From a virus (Duplodnaviria; Caudoviricetes), in IMG/VR virus record IMGVR_UViG_3300005326_000011, positions 1-56,984 of that record: a DNA stretch of 56,984 nt; one strand, 5' to 3'. The notes under the pieces are model-generated. The model saw nothing but the letters and a program-made list of their open reading frames with translations, searched no databases and was not told the DNA's origin. Positions 1 to 9,115 of this stretch are shown in pieces; the stretch's first letter is position 1; each line of letters starts with the position of its first letter. Position numbers and translations under genes: made by a program.

Positions 1-123
1 CGGGGAAAGATTTTATGAGTACTATTTTAATGTTTTCAAAAAAAGGGGATAAGATTTTAATTAAAGTTGATGAGGAGCCAGGTGAGATTTGGGCTCAGCT
101 TAACTTTATTCATTTGGATCCAA
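1..123. repeat. Terminal direct repeat or assembly overlap, identical to 56862-56984; genome circular or circularly permuted
   Basis: The first 123 nt match the last 123 nt, and the ORF at 15 restarts at 56876. Confidence 0.95.
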
Positions 124-218
124 TTAAAGAGGAGTATTTTAATCGGGATTTTTTGTTTTTGACAGATAAGGGACAAAAGATTATAATTAGTCGCAGATTT
201 ATTTATTCCATAATTTAA
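15..218 (+). CDS. Hypothetical protein, 67 aa
   Basis: ATGA-coupled to the RHH gene across the circular junction and abuts the next gene. Confidence 0.6.
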   Translation: MSTILMFSKKGDKILIKVDEEPGEIWAQLNFIHLDPIKEEYFNRDFLFLTDKGQKIIISRRFIYSII

Positions 219-219
219 T

Positions 220-732
220 ATGGATTTACCAAAACTTGATTTTCTAAAAGGTGAAATCCCAATTCCAGACCCAAAATATATTACTTCACTTAAGGCTGGA
301 ACTAAAGACGGTAAACTTATTAAATATGAGGGTGAATATGAGAAGTTTTGTAAATGGTCTTCACTTCCCTCAGATGAGAGAGTCCCAAAGACCGCTGAGG
401 CATTTGAGAAAAAATATAGTCTTCCCCGCTTTTATACTTCTAAATTTAAAGACAGAGTTGATTTTCGCTCACGGGTTGTAAATTATTTTTGGGATTGGAT
501 GATGGATAAGTTTCCAGACGTTGTACAGTCAATGTATAAGCGGGCAGTTGCCAAAGATGGATCATCAGCTGATGCTAAGTATTTTGCTGAACTTGTATCT
601 AAACATTTAGAAGTTGATAAACCTATAAAAACTATTCAACCATTTGTATTGGTTGGAGTTGATCAGAATAAAATCAACAAGCTATTTACTCCTCAAAAAT
701 ACGAGAAAATTATAGATGGGGAGGTTAAATAA
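220..732 (+). CDS. Putative terminase small subunit
   Basis: 170-aa helical protein immediately upstream of terL; positional inference. Confidence 0.55.
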   Translation: MDLPKLDFLKGEIPIPDPKYITSLKAGTKDGKLIKYEGEYEKFCKWSSLPSDERVPKTAEAFEKKYSLPRFYTSKFKDRVDFRSRVVNYFWDWMMDKFPDVVQSMYKRAVAKDGSSADAKYFAELVSKHLEVDKPIKTIQPFVLVGVDQNKINKLFTPQKYEKIIDGEVK

Positions 733-3030
733 ATGGATCCTAAACAAATAGAGCCGACATCTAAACAAAGGCCTTTTATTGAAACTGATGCCAGGTATGC
801 CTGTATGTCGGGCGGCTACGGTTGCGTAGCTGGTGAAACTAAAGTTTTTGATCCAACGATAGGAAAGAAAGTGCGGATTGATGAACTTAATCAGGGTCAT
901 GTTTATTCAAAACAATTTAAGGGTTACGGAATAAATTGGGCAACCAGACCTAAAAAATATAAAAAAACACGACTTTATAAGGTTAAGACTGAGAGAGGAA
1001 ATGAAATTATAGTTACGAAGAAGCATAAATTTTTTTCACAGGATGATTGGAAAACCCTCTCGTCTTTAAAGACTGGACAATCCCTTCTTGTATATGGCGG
1101 ACTCCATCCTTTGACCATTTTGGGCATTTTCCCGTCAATTCTACTTTCAGGTGTTTGGAGTTTTTGGAAAAAAGTTCAAGGTTTTCTATGGAATTGTTTT
1201 TCTTATTACCGTCTTTGTGATGAACGACTTCTGTGGGTAAAAGCCATCTCTTTAGTTTACCCTCCATCACAAGCCGATGCTGTCTTACGTAACCTCCTGA
1301 GTTCTCGAAGGGATGATTTGGAACTAAGACGAGAACGTAGCCATCTTTATCAATTAGAGTACCTCCTTTCCAAGAACCATTCCGAGAACCAGTCGGACCT
1401 CCCTGTGGCAAACGTGGAAGATTATATCTTCGGCCAATCTTCTGAATTGCTTTTTTCGACTTACCCATTATGGGTGCAATCTCTCTTGAACAAAGGCCTT
1501 TTGCATAAAGTTGTTTTATTTTTTCTAAAACTTCAGGGGATGTTTTGGACATGGTATTATAATCATACTCTACGGTATGAAAAAGTCAAGAGTATAAAAT
1601 ATGAACGAACTGATTATTATTATGATCTTCATGTTCCTCATTTTAATAATTATTTTGCCGAAGGATTTGTTAATCATAATTCGGGAAAAACTTTTGGAGG
1701 ATGTTTACGGGCTCTTCTTCTCTCATCAATTCCAGGAAATCGTGGTCTGGTTGGACGTTTAACTTATCGGGAACTGGCAGACACAACTCGTAAGACTTTC
1801 TTTGAGCTTTGTCCACCTGAATATTATGATGAGAAAAATGCTGGTCGTTGGTCGCCAACTGAAAATAATTTAACTCTTATTAATGGAAGTGAAATATTTT
1901 TTAGACATTTAGATACGGTGTCTGAGGCGGAACTTAAATCAATGAATTTGGGATGGTTTTTTATTGACCAGGCTGAGGAAATATCACTTAATGTAGTTCG
2001 AGTTTTACAATCCAGACTTCGACTTAACTCTGTTCCTCGCCGCTTTGGATTTTTTACCTGTAACCCTGAGCCTGGAAGCTGGATTGAGGAAATGTTTAAA
2101 CGTCCCTACGATGAGGGAAAGTTAAAGCCTGAGTTTTTTTATCTTGATACAACAACCTATGACAATCCATATAACCCTCCAGACTATGTTGCGGATTTAA
2201 TTCGCCAATACCCCCCCGAACTTGCCAAGCGGTATATTGAGGGACGCTGGGATGTTCTTGCTAATTTAATTTATACTGAGCTTGACCCGAAAGTTCATGT
2301 AATCAGACCCTTTACCGTTCCAAAATCATGGGAACATATAGTTTCAGTTGATCATGGAATGGTTAATCCAACAGGAGTTTTGTGGGCGGCACTTGATTAT
2401 GATTCAAATATATACATATTTGATGAGTATTATAGCCCAGGGGTTGTATCAGAACATGCCCGTGCAATTAAGGAAAAAACAGGAGATCGCAATGTTTCTT
2501 TATGGCTAATTGATCCATCAACTAAAGCAAAAACCCGTGAGAAAAAAGATGCTTATGGAAATGCTTTTCCCTGGTCAATAATTGAAGAGTATGAAGATTA
2601 TGGATTTTATTTTATTCCAGCAAATAACGAAAAGCTTGCGGGAATAAATCGAGTTAAGGAGTTTTTAAAACTTGATGATAGACGAATTAATCCACAAACT
2701 CGAAAAAAACCAGCTCCCCGTTTATATATTATGCAAAACTGTGTCAATTTGATTTGGGAGTTAAAACAATATAAATGGAGAAAGCTTCGAAGTATGACAA
2801 ATCGAAATGCTCCTGAGGAACCTGTTGATTTTGCTGATCATTTAGTTGATAGTTTAAGATATATTATTATGTCACGTTTCCCAACTCCGTCAAAAACTCC
2901 TGATGGAAAACTGATGATTACAAGGCTTGATAGGGAAAATGCTAATTTTATGTCAACAAACCAACCCGTTGTGGCTGATGAAGTCCTTGGTCAATATGGA
3001 AGTTCAAATGATGATTATGAAGCCGAATAA
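733..3030 (+). CDS. terL: Terminase large subunit containing an intein
   Basis: Walker A GGYG/SGKT split by the intein; GRLTYREL; Walker B-like FFIDQAEE; TCNP coupling motif; nuclease motifs VDHG and DHLVDSLRY. Confidence 0.95.
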   Translation: MDPKQIEPTSKQRPFIETDARYACMSGGYGCVAGETKVFDPTIGKKVRIDELNQGHVYSKQFKGYGINWATRPKKYKKTRLYKVKTERGNEIIVTKKHKFFSQDDWKTLSSLKTGQSLLVYGGLHPLTILGIFPSILLSGVWSFWKKVQGFLWNCFSYYRLCDERLLWVKAISLVYPPSQADAVLRNLLSSRRDDLELRRERSHLYQLEYLLSKNHSENQSDLPVANVEDYIFGQSSELLFSTYPLWVQSLLNKGLLHKVVLFFLKLQGMFWTWYYNHTLRYEKVKSIKYERTDYYYDLHVPHFNNYFAEGFVNHNSGKTFGGCLRALLLSSIPGNRGLVGRLTYRELADTTRKTFFELCPPEYYDEKNAGRWSPTENNLTLINGSEIFFRHLDTVSEAELKSMNLGWFFIDQAEEISLNVVRVLQSRLRLNSVPRRFGFFTCNPEPGSWIEEMFKRPYDEGKLKPEFFYLDTTTYDNPYNPPDYVADLIRQYPPELAKRYIEGRWDVLANLIYTELDPKVHVIRPFTVPKSWEHIVSVDHGMVNPTGVLWAALDYDSNIYIFDEYYSPGVVSEHARAIKEKTGDRNVSLWLIDPSTKAKTREKKDAYGNAFPWSIIEEYEDYGFYFIPANNEKLAGINRVKEFLKLDDRRINPQTRKKPAPRLYIMQNCVNLIWELKQYKWRKLRSMTNRNAPEEPVDFADHLVDSLRYIIMSRFPTPSKTPDGKLMITRLDRENANFMSTNQPVVADEVLGQYGSSNDDYEAE
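1013..1552 (-). CDS. HNH homing endonuclease with N-terminal HTH, encoded antisense inside the intein
   Basis: SWKGG..IDKDGY, YVRQHRLVME and EVVHHKDGNKKNNSIENLEL (HNH_3-type); HTH-like LYAKGLCSREIA. Confidence 0.9.
   Translation of the reverse strand: MSKTSPEVLEKIKQLYAKGLCSREIAPIMGKSKKAIQKIGRRYNLPRLPQGGPTGSRNGSWKGGTLIDKDGYVLVLVPNHPFENSGGYVRQHRLVMEGKLKRWLLPTEVVHHKDGNKKNNSIENLELFSKNSKHLKVELTGKCPKWSKDGVRHIQEGIVQSLKTRGFSNHPVKKIYASS
1562..1589 (-). promoter_or_regulatory. Putative sigma70 promoter for the antisense HNH, near-leaderless
   Basis: Minus strand TTGACT(1589-1584)-N16-TATGAT(1567-1562); ATG at 1552. Confidence 0.55.
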
Positions 3031-3295
3031 AATTCCAATTCCACCACTGCCTCCAAAATCCAATCTTTACAAACCAATTTCATTTTGGGCAGATATCATG
3101 TTGACTCTTGATAAAAAAATTCAATATATGGAGGAGAATATGGCGTTTGGTGAGGTTGGTGTAACTTTTAAACTTTGGCGGGGAAAAGTCACAGACATTA
3201 CATGGACTGACCATGTTAATGATAAACTTTCAGTTGATAAAATTGGTGGAAAAAATACAGTGATTGCTGAAAATAATAAAGATTTGACAAAATGA
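3017..3295 (+). CDS. Hypothetical protein; C-terminus loosely YezD/DUF2292-like
   Basis: FGEVGVTFKLWRGKVTDI; start probably among the ATGs at 3008-3017. Confidence 0.5.
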   Translation: MKPNKIPIPPLPPKSNLYKPISFWADIMLTLDKKIQYMEENMAFGEVGVTFKLWRGKVTDITWTDHVNDKLSVDKIGGKNTVIAENNKDLTK

Positions 3296-3370
3296 TACAG
3301 TATTTGATATTCTGACCGTATCACCATAGTAAAATAATTACACGGTGGCTTTAATAGGCCACTTTTTTTT
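3284..3370 (+). promoter_or_regulatory. Promoter, conserved leader and intrinsic terminator, copy 1
   Basis: TTGACA-N18-TATTCT with TG extension; CCATAGTAAAATAATT; hairpin GGTGGC/GCCACT followed by a T run. Confidence 0.75.
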
Positions 3371-3380
3371 GGTGAAAAAT

Positions 3381-3635
3381 ATGGAAATAGTAATTATTCT
3401 TGGCTTTTTAACCAATATTGGTGGTTTAATATATTGTATATATAGTCTTTCTAAAATTCATAAAAGAATTGATGCAATTTTTACGATTGATAAACCCTCA
3501 GCAAATGATCCTTCACTTACTAAAAATGTAGAAGAAAATTTTCAAGAAGAAAATTTTTTAAATATTCCACCAAACGTAAAGTTTGAAATTGAAGGTGGAG
3601 ATTCTAATGTTCCACCTGGATATACTGAAAAATAA
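3381..3635 (+). CDS. Small protein with N-terminal membrane anchor
   Basis: MEIVIILGFLTNIGGLIYCIY; the ORF-track GTG at 3345 lies inside the terminator. Confidence 0.6.
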   Translation: MEIVIILGFLTNIGGLIYCIYSLSKIHKRIDAIFTIDKPSANDPSLTKNVEENFQEENFLNIPPNVKFEIEGGDSNVPPGYTEK

Positions 3636-3637
3636 TT

Positions 3638-5776
3638 ATGGATGATCCGTCAAATAAAAACAATATGCATGAAGGGGGAGCCGTATATACTCCTGATAAA
3701 AAAACAGGTAAGCCTGTTGTGCCTGAAAATTCAGACTATGATGATGCACAGCTTGTTTATAAATGTAAAACGCTTGAAAAACAATCTTTGGCCCATAGAC
3801 GTAAATTTGACTGGGAATGGTTGGTTCGCTCCCTATATGTAAGAGGATATCATTTTGCAAATTATAATCGTGGAACAAATACTATTCTTTTTGCCTCACG
3901 AACAGGAGTTAAAATTCCAATTAATTTAGTTGGTGCACATCTTCGGGGAGTTCGCAATCAAGTAACGTCATTTCAGCCTAAATGGGAGGTGCTACCTAAT
4001 TTCACAACCTCAGCTGCATTTGATAATGCAAGATATTCTGGAAAAACTTTAGATTATATTTATGAGAAGGCTCAAATAAAGAGAAAAATTAAAGAAGCGG
4101 TTAATGATTCTTTAATGTATTCAATAGGTATTTGGATGTTTGATATAAATCAAAAAGGAGAGGTTGTTGTTTTTAGAGTTGATCCCTTTGATTTTTTCTG
4201 TGATCCAAATGTTAAATCTCCAAATATCAACGATCCAGATTACGGAGCTGAATATGTTGTTATTGCAAATCAAATGCCAGTTGATGCAATTCAAAAAAAT
4301 AAAGATTTTAATGAGAATAGACTAAATATTCAAACTGATAACTTAGTGGCCGCTGCCGAATATAAACGGTTTTTACTTCAAGTTACTAAAAATGCTTTTT
4401 CAGCTCAAAAAGAATTTAATCAGACAGTTATTGTAAAGACGGCATATCTAAGGGAGAGACAAAATGATGGAAGTATAAAAATTAGACAGGTTGTATATAC
4501 TGAAAATGATGACAGACCACTTTTAAATAAACTTCTTGATACTGATGAATATCCATTTGAAGTTTTAAGAGGAGATATTACACCAGGCGATTTATATTCT
4601 GAGGCTTGGATTAAACATTTAATTCCAATAAATCGGGTGATTGATGCTCTTGAGTCACATATTTTTGAATATAATCATTTTTTTGCCCGTGGCAAATGGA
4701 TTATTGATAAAAATTCAGGGGTTAAGCTAATCACAAATCAACACGGACAAATAATTGAAAAAAATAGAGGAAGCCAGGTTCAACCAATTACTGTTCCGCC
4801 TCTTCCCCCATCGCCTCAGGAACAAATTTCCAATATGAGAAAATACCTTGAAGATATTTCAGGGGTTCATGATGTCTCACTTGGACGATTACCTGGGACG
4901 ATAAGGAGTGGGTCGGCAATTGCTGAGCTTCGTCAATCTGATGCAACTAATCAATCTGATTTAGTTGACAATCTTGAAGACTTTTTATCCCGAGCTGGTC
5001 GTAAAATTCTAAGGCTTGTCGCCGAAAACTGGACGACATCAAAACTGATTACTGTAACAGGCATCGGTGGCAAACCTGAGTATTTTATGGCAGTTGGAGA
5101 AGATTCTCCACTTTCTAAATCTAAAAATGGAAAAAAAGTTAAGTCTGGTGATAAAGAGCTTCCACTTGCGGTTATTGGTAAAGAGAATGATGTTCGAGTT
5201 CAGATAGGGAGTTGGCTTGCTTATACAAAAGAGGCTCGAATGGAGAAACTTAAAGAACTTTTCAGACTTGGTGCAATTGATCAAAGAAGTTTTCTTAATC
5301 ATTTAGAGTTTGCAGATACAGATGGAATAATTCAAAGGACACGTGAGGAGCAAACCTATCAACAGTATGCAGGTAAAAAAAGTGAACAAGTTCAAAAAGA
5401 ATATGGGATTCAGCTTGATGAGGAGTCACTTGCTATGGCTGAAAATGAACTTATGCTTGAAGGGACAGAGCAACATGCAGAGGCACAAGATGATCATGAA
5501 ATTCATATGTTAGTTCATAAAGAACAGGGAGAAAATAAATTAGTACTTGCGCATATCAAAGAGCATGAAAGATTTGATAAATGGCAAAAGAAAATGCAAT
5601 TAAATCCAATTATGCCAAATGAATCAATGGAAGCTCCAATTCCACCAGGTATGCCAATGGGGCCTGAAGTTCCAGGAGCTTCACCTGAGGTTCCGCCATT
5701 TATGATGGGAGCACCAATTGGACCTGGGGCGCCACCCCTTCCACCAGGGGAAATTCCTGGAGTTCCTGGACTATGA
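3638..5776 (+). CDS. Portal protein (P22-like)
   Basis: 712 aa after terL; VDPFDFFCDP and LEDISGVHDVSLG..SGSAI motifs; Pro/Gly-rich tail. Confidence 0.85.
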   Translation: MDDPSNKNNMHEGGAVYTPDKKTGKPVVPENSDYDDAQLVYKCKTLEKQSLAHRRKFDWEWLVRSLYVRGYHFANYNRGTNTILFASRTGVKIPINLVGAHLRGVRNQVTSFQPKWEVLPNFTTSAAFDNARYSGKTLDYIYEKAQIKRKIKEAVNDSLMYSIGIWMFDINQKGEVVVFRVDPFDFFCDPNVKSPNINDPDYGAEYVVIANQMPVDAIQKNKDFNENRLNIQTDNLVAAAEYKRFLLQVTKNAFSAQKEFNQTVIVKTAYLRERQNDGSIKIRQVVYTENDDRPLLNKLLDTDEYPFEVLRGDITPGDLYSEAWIKHLIPINRVIDALESHIFEYNHFFARGKWIIDKNSGVKLITNQHGQIIEKNRGSQVQPITVPPLPPSPQEQISNMRKYLEDISGVHDVSLGRLPGTIRSGSAIAELRQSDATNQSDLVDNLEDFLSRAGRKILRLVAENWTTSKLITVTGIGGKPEYFMAVGEDSPLSKSKNGKKVKSGDKELPLAVIGKENDVRVQIGSWLAYTKEARMEKLKELFRLGAIDQRSFLNHLEFADTDGIIQRTREEQTYQQYAGKKSEQVQKEYGIQLDEESLAMAENELMLEGTEQHAEAQDDHEIHMLVHKEQGENKLVLAHIKEHERFDKWQKKMQLNPIMPNESMEAPIPPGMPMGPEVPGASPEVPPFMMGAPIGPGAPPLPPGEIPGVPGL

Positions 5777-5913
5777 AACCAACAGTAAAGCGATTTAACC
5801 AAAAAAAAACTTATAAAGGAAGAACTGTCAAGCGGACAGTTGTATCTATTAACAGTTTAAAGCGTAAAGGCCGAAAAATGAAGCCAATGCGTGCTATGAA
5901 AAAAGGAAGGTGA
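5773..5913 (+). CDS. 46-aa highly basic peptide, absent from the ORF track
   Basis: MKPTVKRFNQKKTYKGRTVKRTVVSINSLKRKGRKMKPMRAMKKGR; ATGA overlap with the portal stop. Confidence 0.55.
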   Translation: MKPTVKRFNQKKTYKGRTVKRTVVSINSLKRKGRKMKPMRAMKKGR

Positions 5914-5918
5914 AATTT

Positions 5919-6179
5919 ATGAAAATTAAATCAGACCATTATAAACCATATAAAGAGAAAATGGAAGAAATATCAAAAGATATGAAAGGTATGGGTTTTG
6001 GAGTGCCAGATTGTGAGCCAGCTGACCTTTATGGAAAACGGGTTAATTTAGATCAAAATGATAAATCAAATCTTGGGGAAACGGCTGAAGATATTCAAGA
6101 ATTTTATGGACTTTGTGATTATAACGGTAATTCTAAAAAAATGGGTGGAGTTAGTGAGAGCAATGATGAGAGTTATTAA
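5919..6179 (+). CDS. Hypothetical protein
   Basis: ORF preceded by SD-like GGAAGGTGA. Confidence 0.6.
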   Translation: MKIKSDHYKPYKEKMEEISKDMKGMGFGVPDCEPADLYGKRVNLDQNDKSNLGETAEDIQEFYGLCDYNGNSKKMGGVSESNDESY

Positions 6180-6207
6180 AAATTAACAATAGAAGGGGGT
6201 GAGAAAT

Positions 6208-6555
6208 ATGAACTATACATATATCGCAGCAGATAATTCAGCAGGAGACGCTCAAGTACTTGGTGCTGCTTCTCAGGATATTTATGTTTGGGGTATTCAT
6301 TTTGGTGCTCCAACTGCAGGTACAATTACTCATTTTTATAATAAAAGAGTTGCTCCAGGACATACATCTGGAATGGGTAGCGTATCAACTGATAGTTTGG
6401 CTTGGTATTTAGTTCAACCAACAGCAGCTGCTGGAAATAACCTACAGTATGATGTTTGGTTTGAAAAACCTTTACAACTTGATGGTGGATCAGTTCACAC
6501 TGATGATGATAAGGTTACTATCATTTGGGAGCCTGTAGATCAGGCAACTGAGTAA
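6208..6555 (+). CDS. Putative virion or decoration beta-protein
   Basis: SD GGGGGTGA; small beta-rich protein in the head module. Confidence 0.55.
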   Translation: MNYTYIAADNSAGDAQVLGAASQDIYVWGIHFGAPTAGTITHFYNKRVAPGHTSGMGSVSTDSLAWYLVQPTAAAGNNLQYDVWFEKPLQLDGGSVHTDDDKVTIIWEPVDQATE

Positions 6556-6569
6556 GGAGGTGAAAAAAT

Positions 6570-6845
6570 ATGAAATTAGACACAAAACAACCTTCAACTT
6601 CTCCAAAAGCAGGAGGGAGTGGTAAAGTGGCTGTAGGAGGATTTGGTGCGGTTGGCACACCTTCTAAAGTTTCACTTCCTCAGCATGGCGGGGAGGGTGG
6701 AGATAAATATAAAGGACAAAAAAGCGATATGGGCTTAAAACAACACGGAGGAGAGGGGAATACTCTTAAATCCGCAAGTAATAGCACACTTATGAATCCA
6801 AAAGATAAATCATACGCTGGTCCTGGAAGAAATTTAGGTAATTAG
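6570..6845 (+). CDS. Gly/Lys-rich hypothetical protein
   Basis: SD AGGAGGTGA; QHGGEG occurs twice. Confidence 0.65.
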   Translation: MKLDTKQPSTSPKAGGSGKVAVGGFGAVGTPSKVSLPQHGGEGGDKYKGQKSDMGLKQHGGEGNTLKSASNSTLMNPKDKSYAGPGRNLGN

Positions 6846-6867
6846 TACTTTTACAATTAGTTCTAAT

Positions 6868-7000
6868 CGGAGATTTAGGGTTCTCACCTACTTTACCTGA
6901 TAGACGTATCAGGGTTTTAGGCGAGAATCCTTAAATCTTCGGGGGTCGCCCACCTTAGAGGTGTTAGACGTTACAATCGGAAGATTGTTTTAAAAATATT
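6868..7000 (+). ncRNA. Structured leader upstream of the scaffold gene
   Basis: Long stem CGGAGATTTAGGGTTCTCACCTA/TAGGCGAGAATCCTTAAATCTTCG with inner CCTGATA-GACG-TATCAGG; contains G-U pairs. Confidence 0.55.
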
Positions 7001-7702
7001 ATGGAAAATGATGAAAAAATAATCCCCGAGTCAACCCCGTCAGTTGAAAACCCAGTTGTTGACCCAACCCCATCGCAAGATGAGGATAAACAACCTGGTA
7101 AGAAGACGGCAGAAGCTCGGATTGATCAGCTTATTGCGATCAACAAACAGTTACAAAATGATTTACAGGAAGTAAAGGGAAAGGTAGATGCAATTCCTGT
7201 ACCTACCCCACCTCCTGAGCCTGTTGATCCAAGCGTAACTCCAGATGTTGAGAAAGCCGTAGGTTTTGTTAAAAAGGTTGGAAAATTCGTTGACCAAGAT
7301 TATCTTGAGAGTAAACTCAAGTCAATGGAGGATAGACGAGTTCTTGATTCCGAACACTCAAAATATGAGTCAACTTTTAACGGACAAGACGGTGGACCTG
7401 TTTATAACAGAGGTGAGATGGAAAAATACATGAATGATACAGGTATTTATAATCCAAAAGCCGCATATGAGCAGAAATTTAAAGACGAGCTTTTTGATCT
7501 CAGGCTTAAAACCCTTGAGAAGAGCCGAAAAACTAAAGCCTATGTACCAAATGCAAGTTCAACGGCAGAAACACGTGATAATAATTTAATCAGTCGTGAA
7601 AAGATTGATGAAGTTATGAAGCACCCAACGCCTGAAAATAAAGCATGGTATGAACAAAATAGAGCTTCTATTTTGGCTATGTATAGAAAGGGTCAATTAT
7701 AA
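7001..7702 (+). CDS. Putative capsid scaffolding protein
   Basis: Acidic Pro-rich N-terminus, coiled coil (AEARIDQLIA), directly before the capsid gene. Confidence 0.7.
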   Translation: MENDEKIIPESTPSVENPVVDPTPSQDEDKQPGKKTAEARIDQLIAINKQLQNDLQEVKGKVDAIPVPTPPPEPVDPSVTPDVEKAVGFVKKVGKFVDQDYLESKLKSMEDRRVLDSEHSKYESTFNGQDGGPVYNRGEMEKYMNDTGIYNPKAAYEQKFKDELFDLRLKTLEKSRKTKAYVPNASSTAETRDNNLISREKIDEVMKHPTPENKAWYEQNRASILAMYRKGQL

Positions 7703-7733
7703 ATTGACTACAGATAGGGGGTGAAAAAATAAT

Positions 7734-8831
7734 ATGGCACTCGGTACAGATCAGATGACGACCACAACGGGGGATTCTTTTATTCCCTCAGTATGGTCAG
7801 CGGAGGTACTTAGAGCAACTGAAAATGCTTTAGTAATGGCTCAATAACGGGGCCTTTTAGATTTAGCACTTGAAAATAGGTTAAAATCTATCAAAAAGGG
7901 GGCAAACTCGGGGAACACCCAGAACGGGTAACCGCCGAACTAAATAGGAGAAATCCTTAAAAGCGTAGAGAACAAACGCTCCCACTCTTTAAAAAGAGGA
8001 AGATATGTTCCGAACTGATTAGGAATAATCAGAAGCAAGAAATAGAAAACTTGCGATAACAAAAAGCCGTTAGTTAAGAGATTTGATAGTTTAGTTGAGG
8101 GTAAAGGGAATACTATTAATATTCCAAATTTGAGCAATTTATCAGCTTCAACAAAGTCTGCTAATACTCAAGTAACTTTACAAAGTCCAACTGAATCAAA
8201 CACATCAATCTCTATAACAACCCATAAAGAATCGTCATTTTTAGTGGAGGATCTTTTGAAGGTACAAGCCAGCTATGATTTAATGGCGGAATATACTTCA
8301 AAAGCAGGTGAATCTATTGCACGATCTGTTGATACTGATTTATTAGGCGTTTATTCCTCATCCACAAATACGGATGTTGGAGCTTATGGAACAGATATCA
8401 CTGATGCAACGATTCTTGCCGCTGCTGAATCTTTGGATTTAGCAAACGCACCTCTTGATGATAGAGCATTAGTTATCTATCCAACCCAAAAAACAGCCTT
8501 AATGAGAATTGATAAATTCGTTAAAGCTGACTATATGGGTCAATATCAAGATCCAACTGTTGTGAGAACAGGACCAAACTCAAGGTATATGTGGGGAGAC
8601 ATTTATGGAGTTCCAGTGTATTACACCAAACAGGTAACTCAGACTGCTGGTACACCTACACAAACTCATAACATGATGTTTCATAAGGAAGGTATTGCAT
8701 TAGCACTACAACAGGCTCCAAGAACACAAGCGGATTACCGTCTTGAATACTTGGGTACTTTAGTTGTTGTTGATGTTATATACGGATACACAGCTTTGAG
8801 ACCAACTTTCTTGCAACATATAAAGTCGTAA
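7734..8831 (+). CDS. Major capsid protein, spliced: exon 1 7734-7841 and exon 2 8067-8831 (290 aa)
   Basis: Joined MALGTDQMTTTTGDSFIPSVWSAEVLRATENALVMA|PLVKRFDSLVEGKGNTINIP; FIPxVW, GNTINIP, GDIYGVPVY and VDVIYG are HK97-fold capsid-like motifs; SD GGGGGTGA. Confidence 0.9.
7842..8066 (+). ncRNA. Group I self-splicing intron, 225 nt, no ORF
   Basis: 5' exon ends in U and intron ends in G; P1 GGCU/GGCC with U-G; P10 TAACGG(7845-50)/CCGTTA(8067-72); P3 GGGGGC/GCTCCC; P7 GAACA(7970-74)/TGTTC(8006-10); splicing restores the frame. Confidence 0.9.
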
Positions 8832-8837
8832 GATTTT

Positions 8838-8885
8838 ATGTAAAGTTCTTGGTGGTGTAAAGACACCACCAAGGGCATTTATATA
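8838..8885 (+). terminator. Hairpin after the capsid gene (terminator or processing stem)
   Basis: CTTGGTGGTGT-AAAG-ACACCACCAAG with AT-rich flanking pairing. Confidence 0.6.
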
Positions 8886-8898
8886 AGTTTATAAAAAT

Positions 8899-9114
8899 AT
8901 GGCAATAGTTATAATAAAATCAGGAAATGATAAAAGAGCTTCTCATTGGAATGAGATAAGATCAAGAGTTAAAACTCATGAGGGAGAATTTTTAACAGGT
9001 AGAAAAGGGCTTGAATATCAAAGAAAGTGGGGTCGTAAATATTTAGGTCGAGATTTAAATACAAGACCCGTTAGTTCATCAGACGTTGAGAGATTTGAAA
9101 AGACAGGACATTAA
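8899..9114 (+). CDS. Hypothetical protein
   Basis: ORF in the late operon. Confidence 0.6.
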   Translation: MAIVIIKSGNDKRASHWNEIRSRVKTHEGEFLTGRKGLEYQRKWGRKYLGRDLNTRPVSSSDVERFEKTGH

Positions 9115-9115
9115 T

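Larger units (their letters stand above)
823..1680 (+). mobile_element. Intein (286 aa) inserted in the terL Walker A motif
   Basis: Starts CVAGETKV (block A); block B IIVTKKHKF; ends YYDLHVPHFNNYFAEGFVNHN followed by Ser. Removal restores GGYGSGKT. Confidence 0.93.

Noticed and set aside
1-123. Biological terminal repeat
   Set aside because: It falls mid-gene and its length is typical of assembler overlap; treated only as evidence of circularity.
8130-8831. ORF-track capsid start at TTG 8130 and antisense ORF 7940-8137
   Set aside because: Explained by the group I intron; the true start is 7734.
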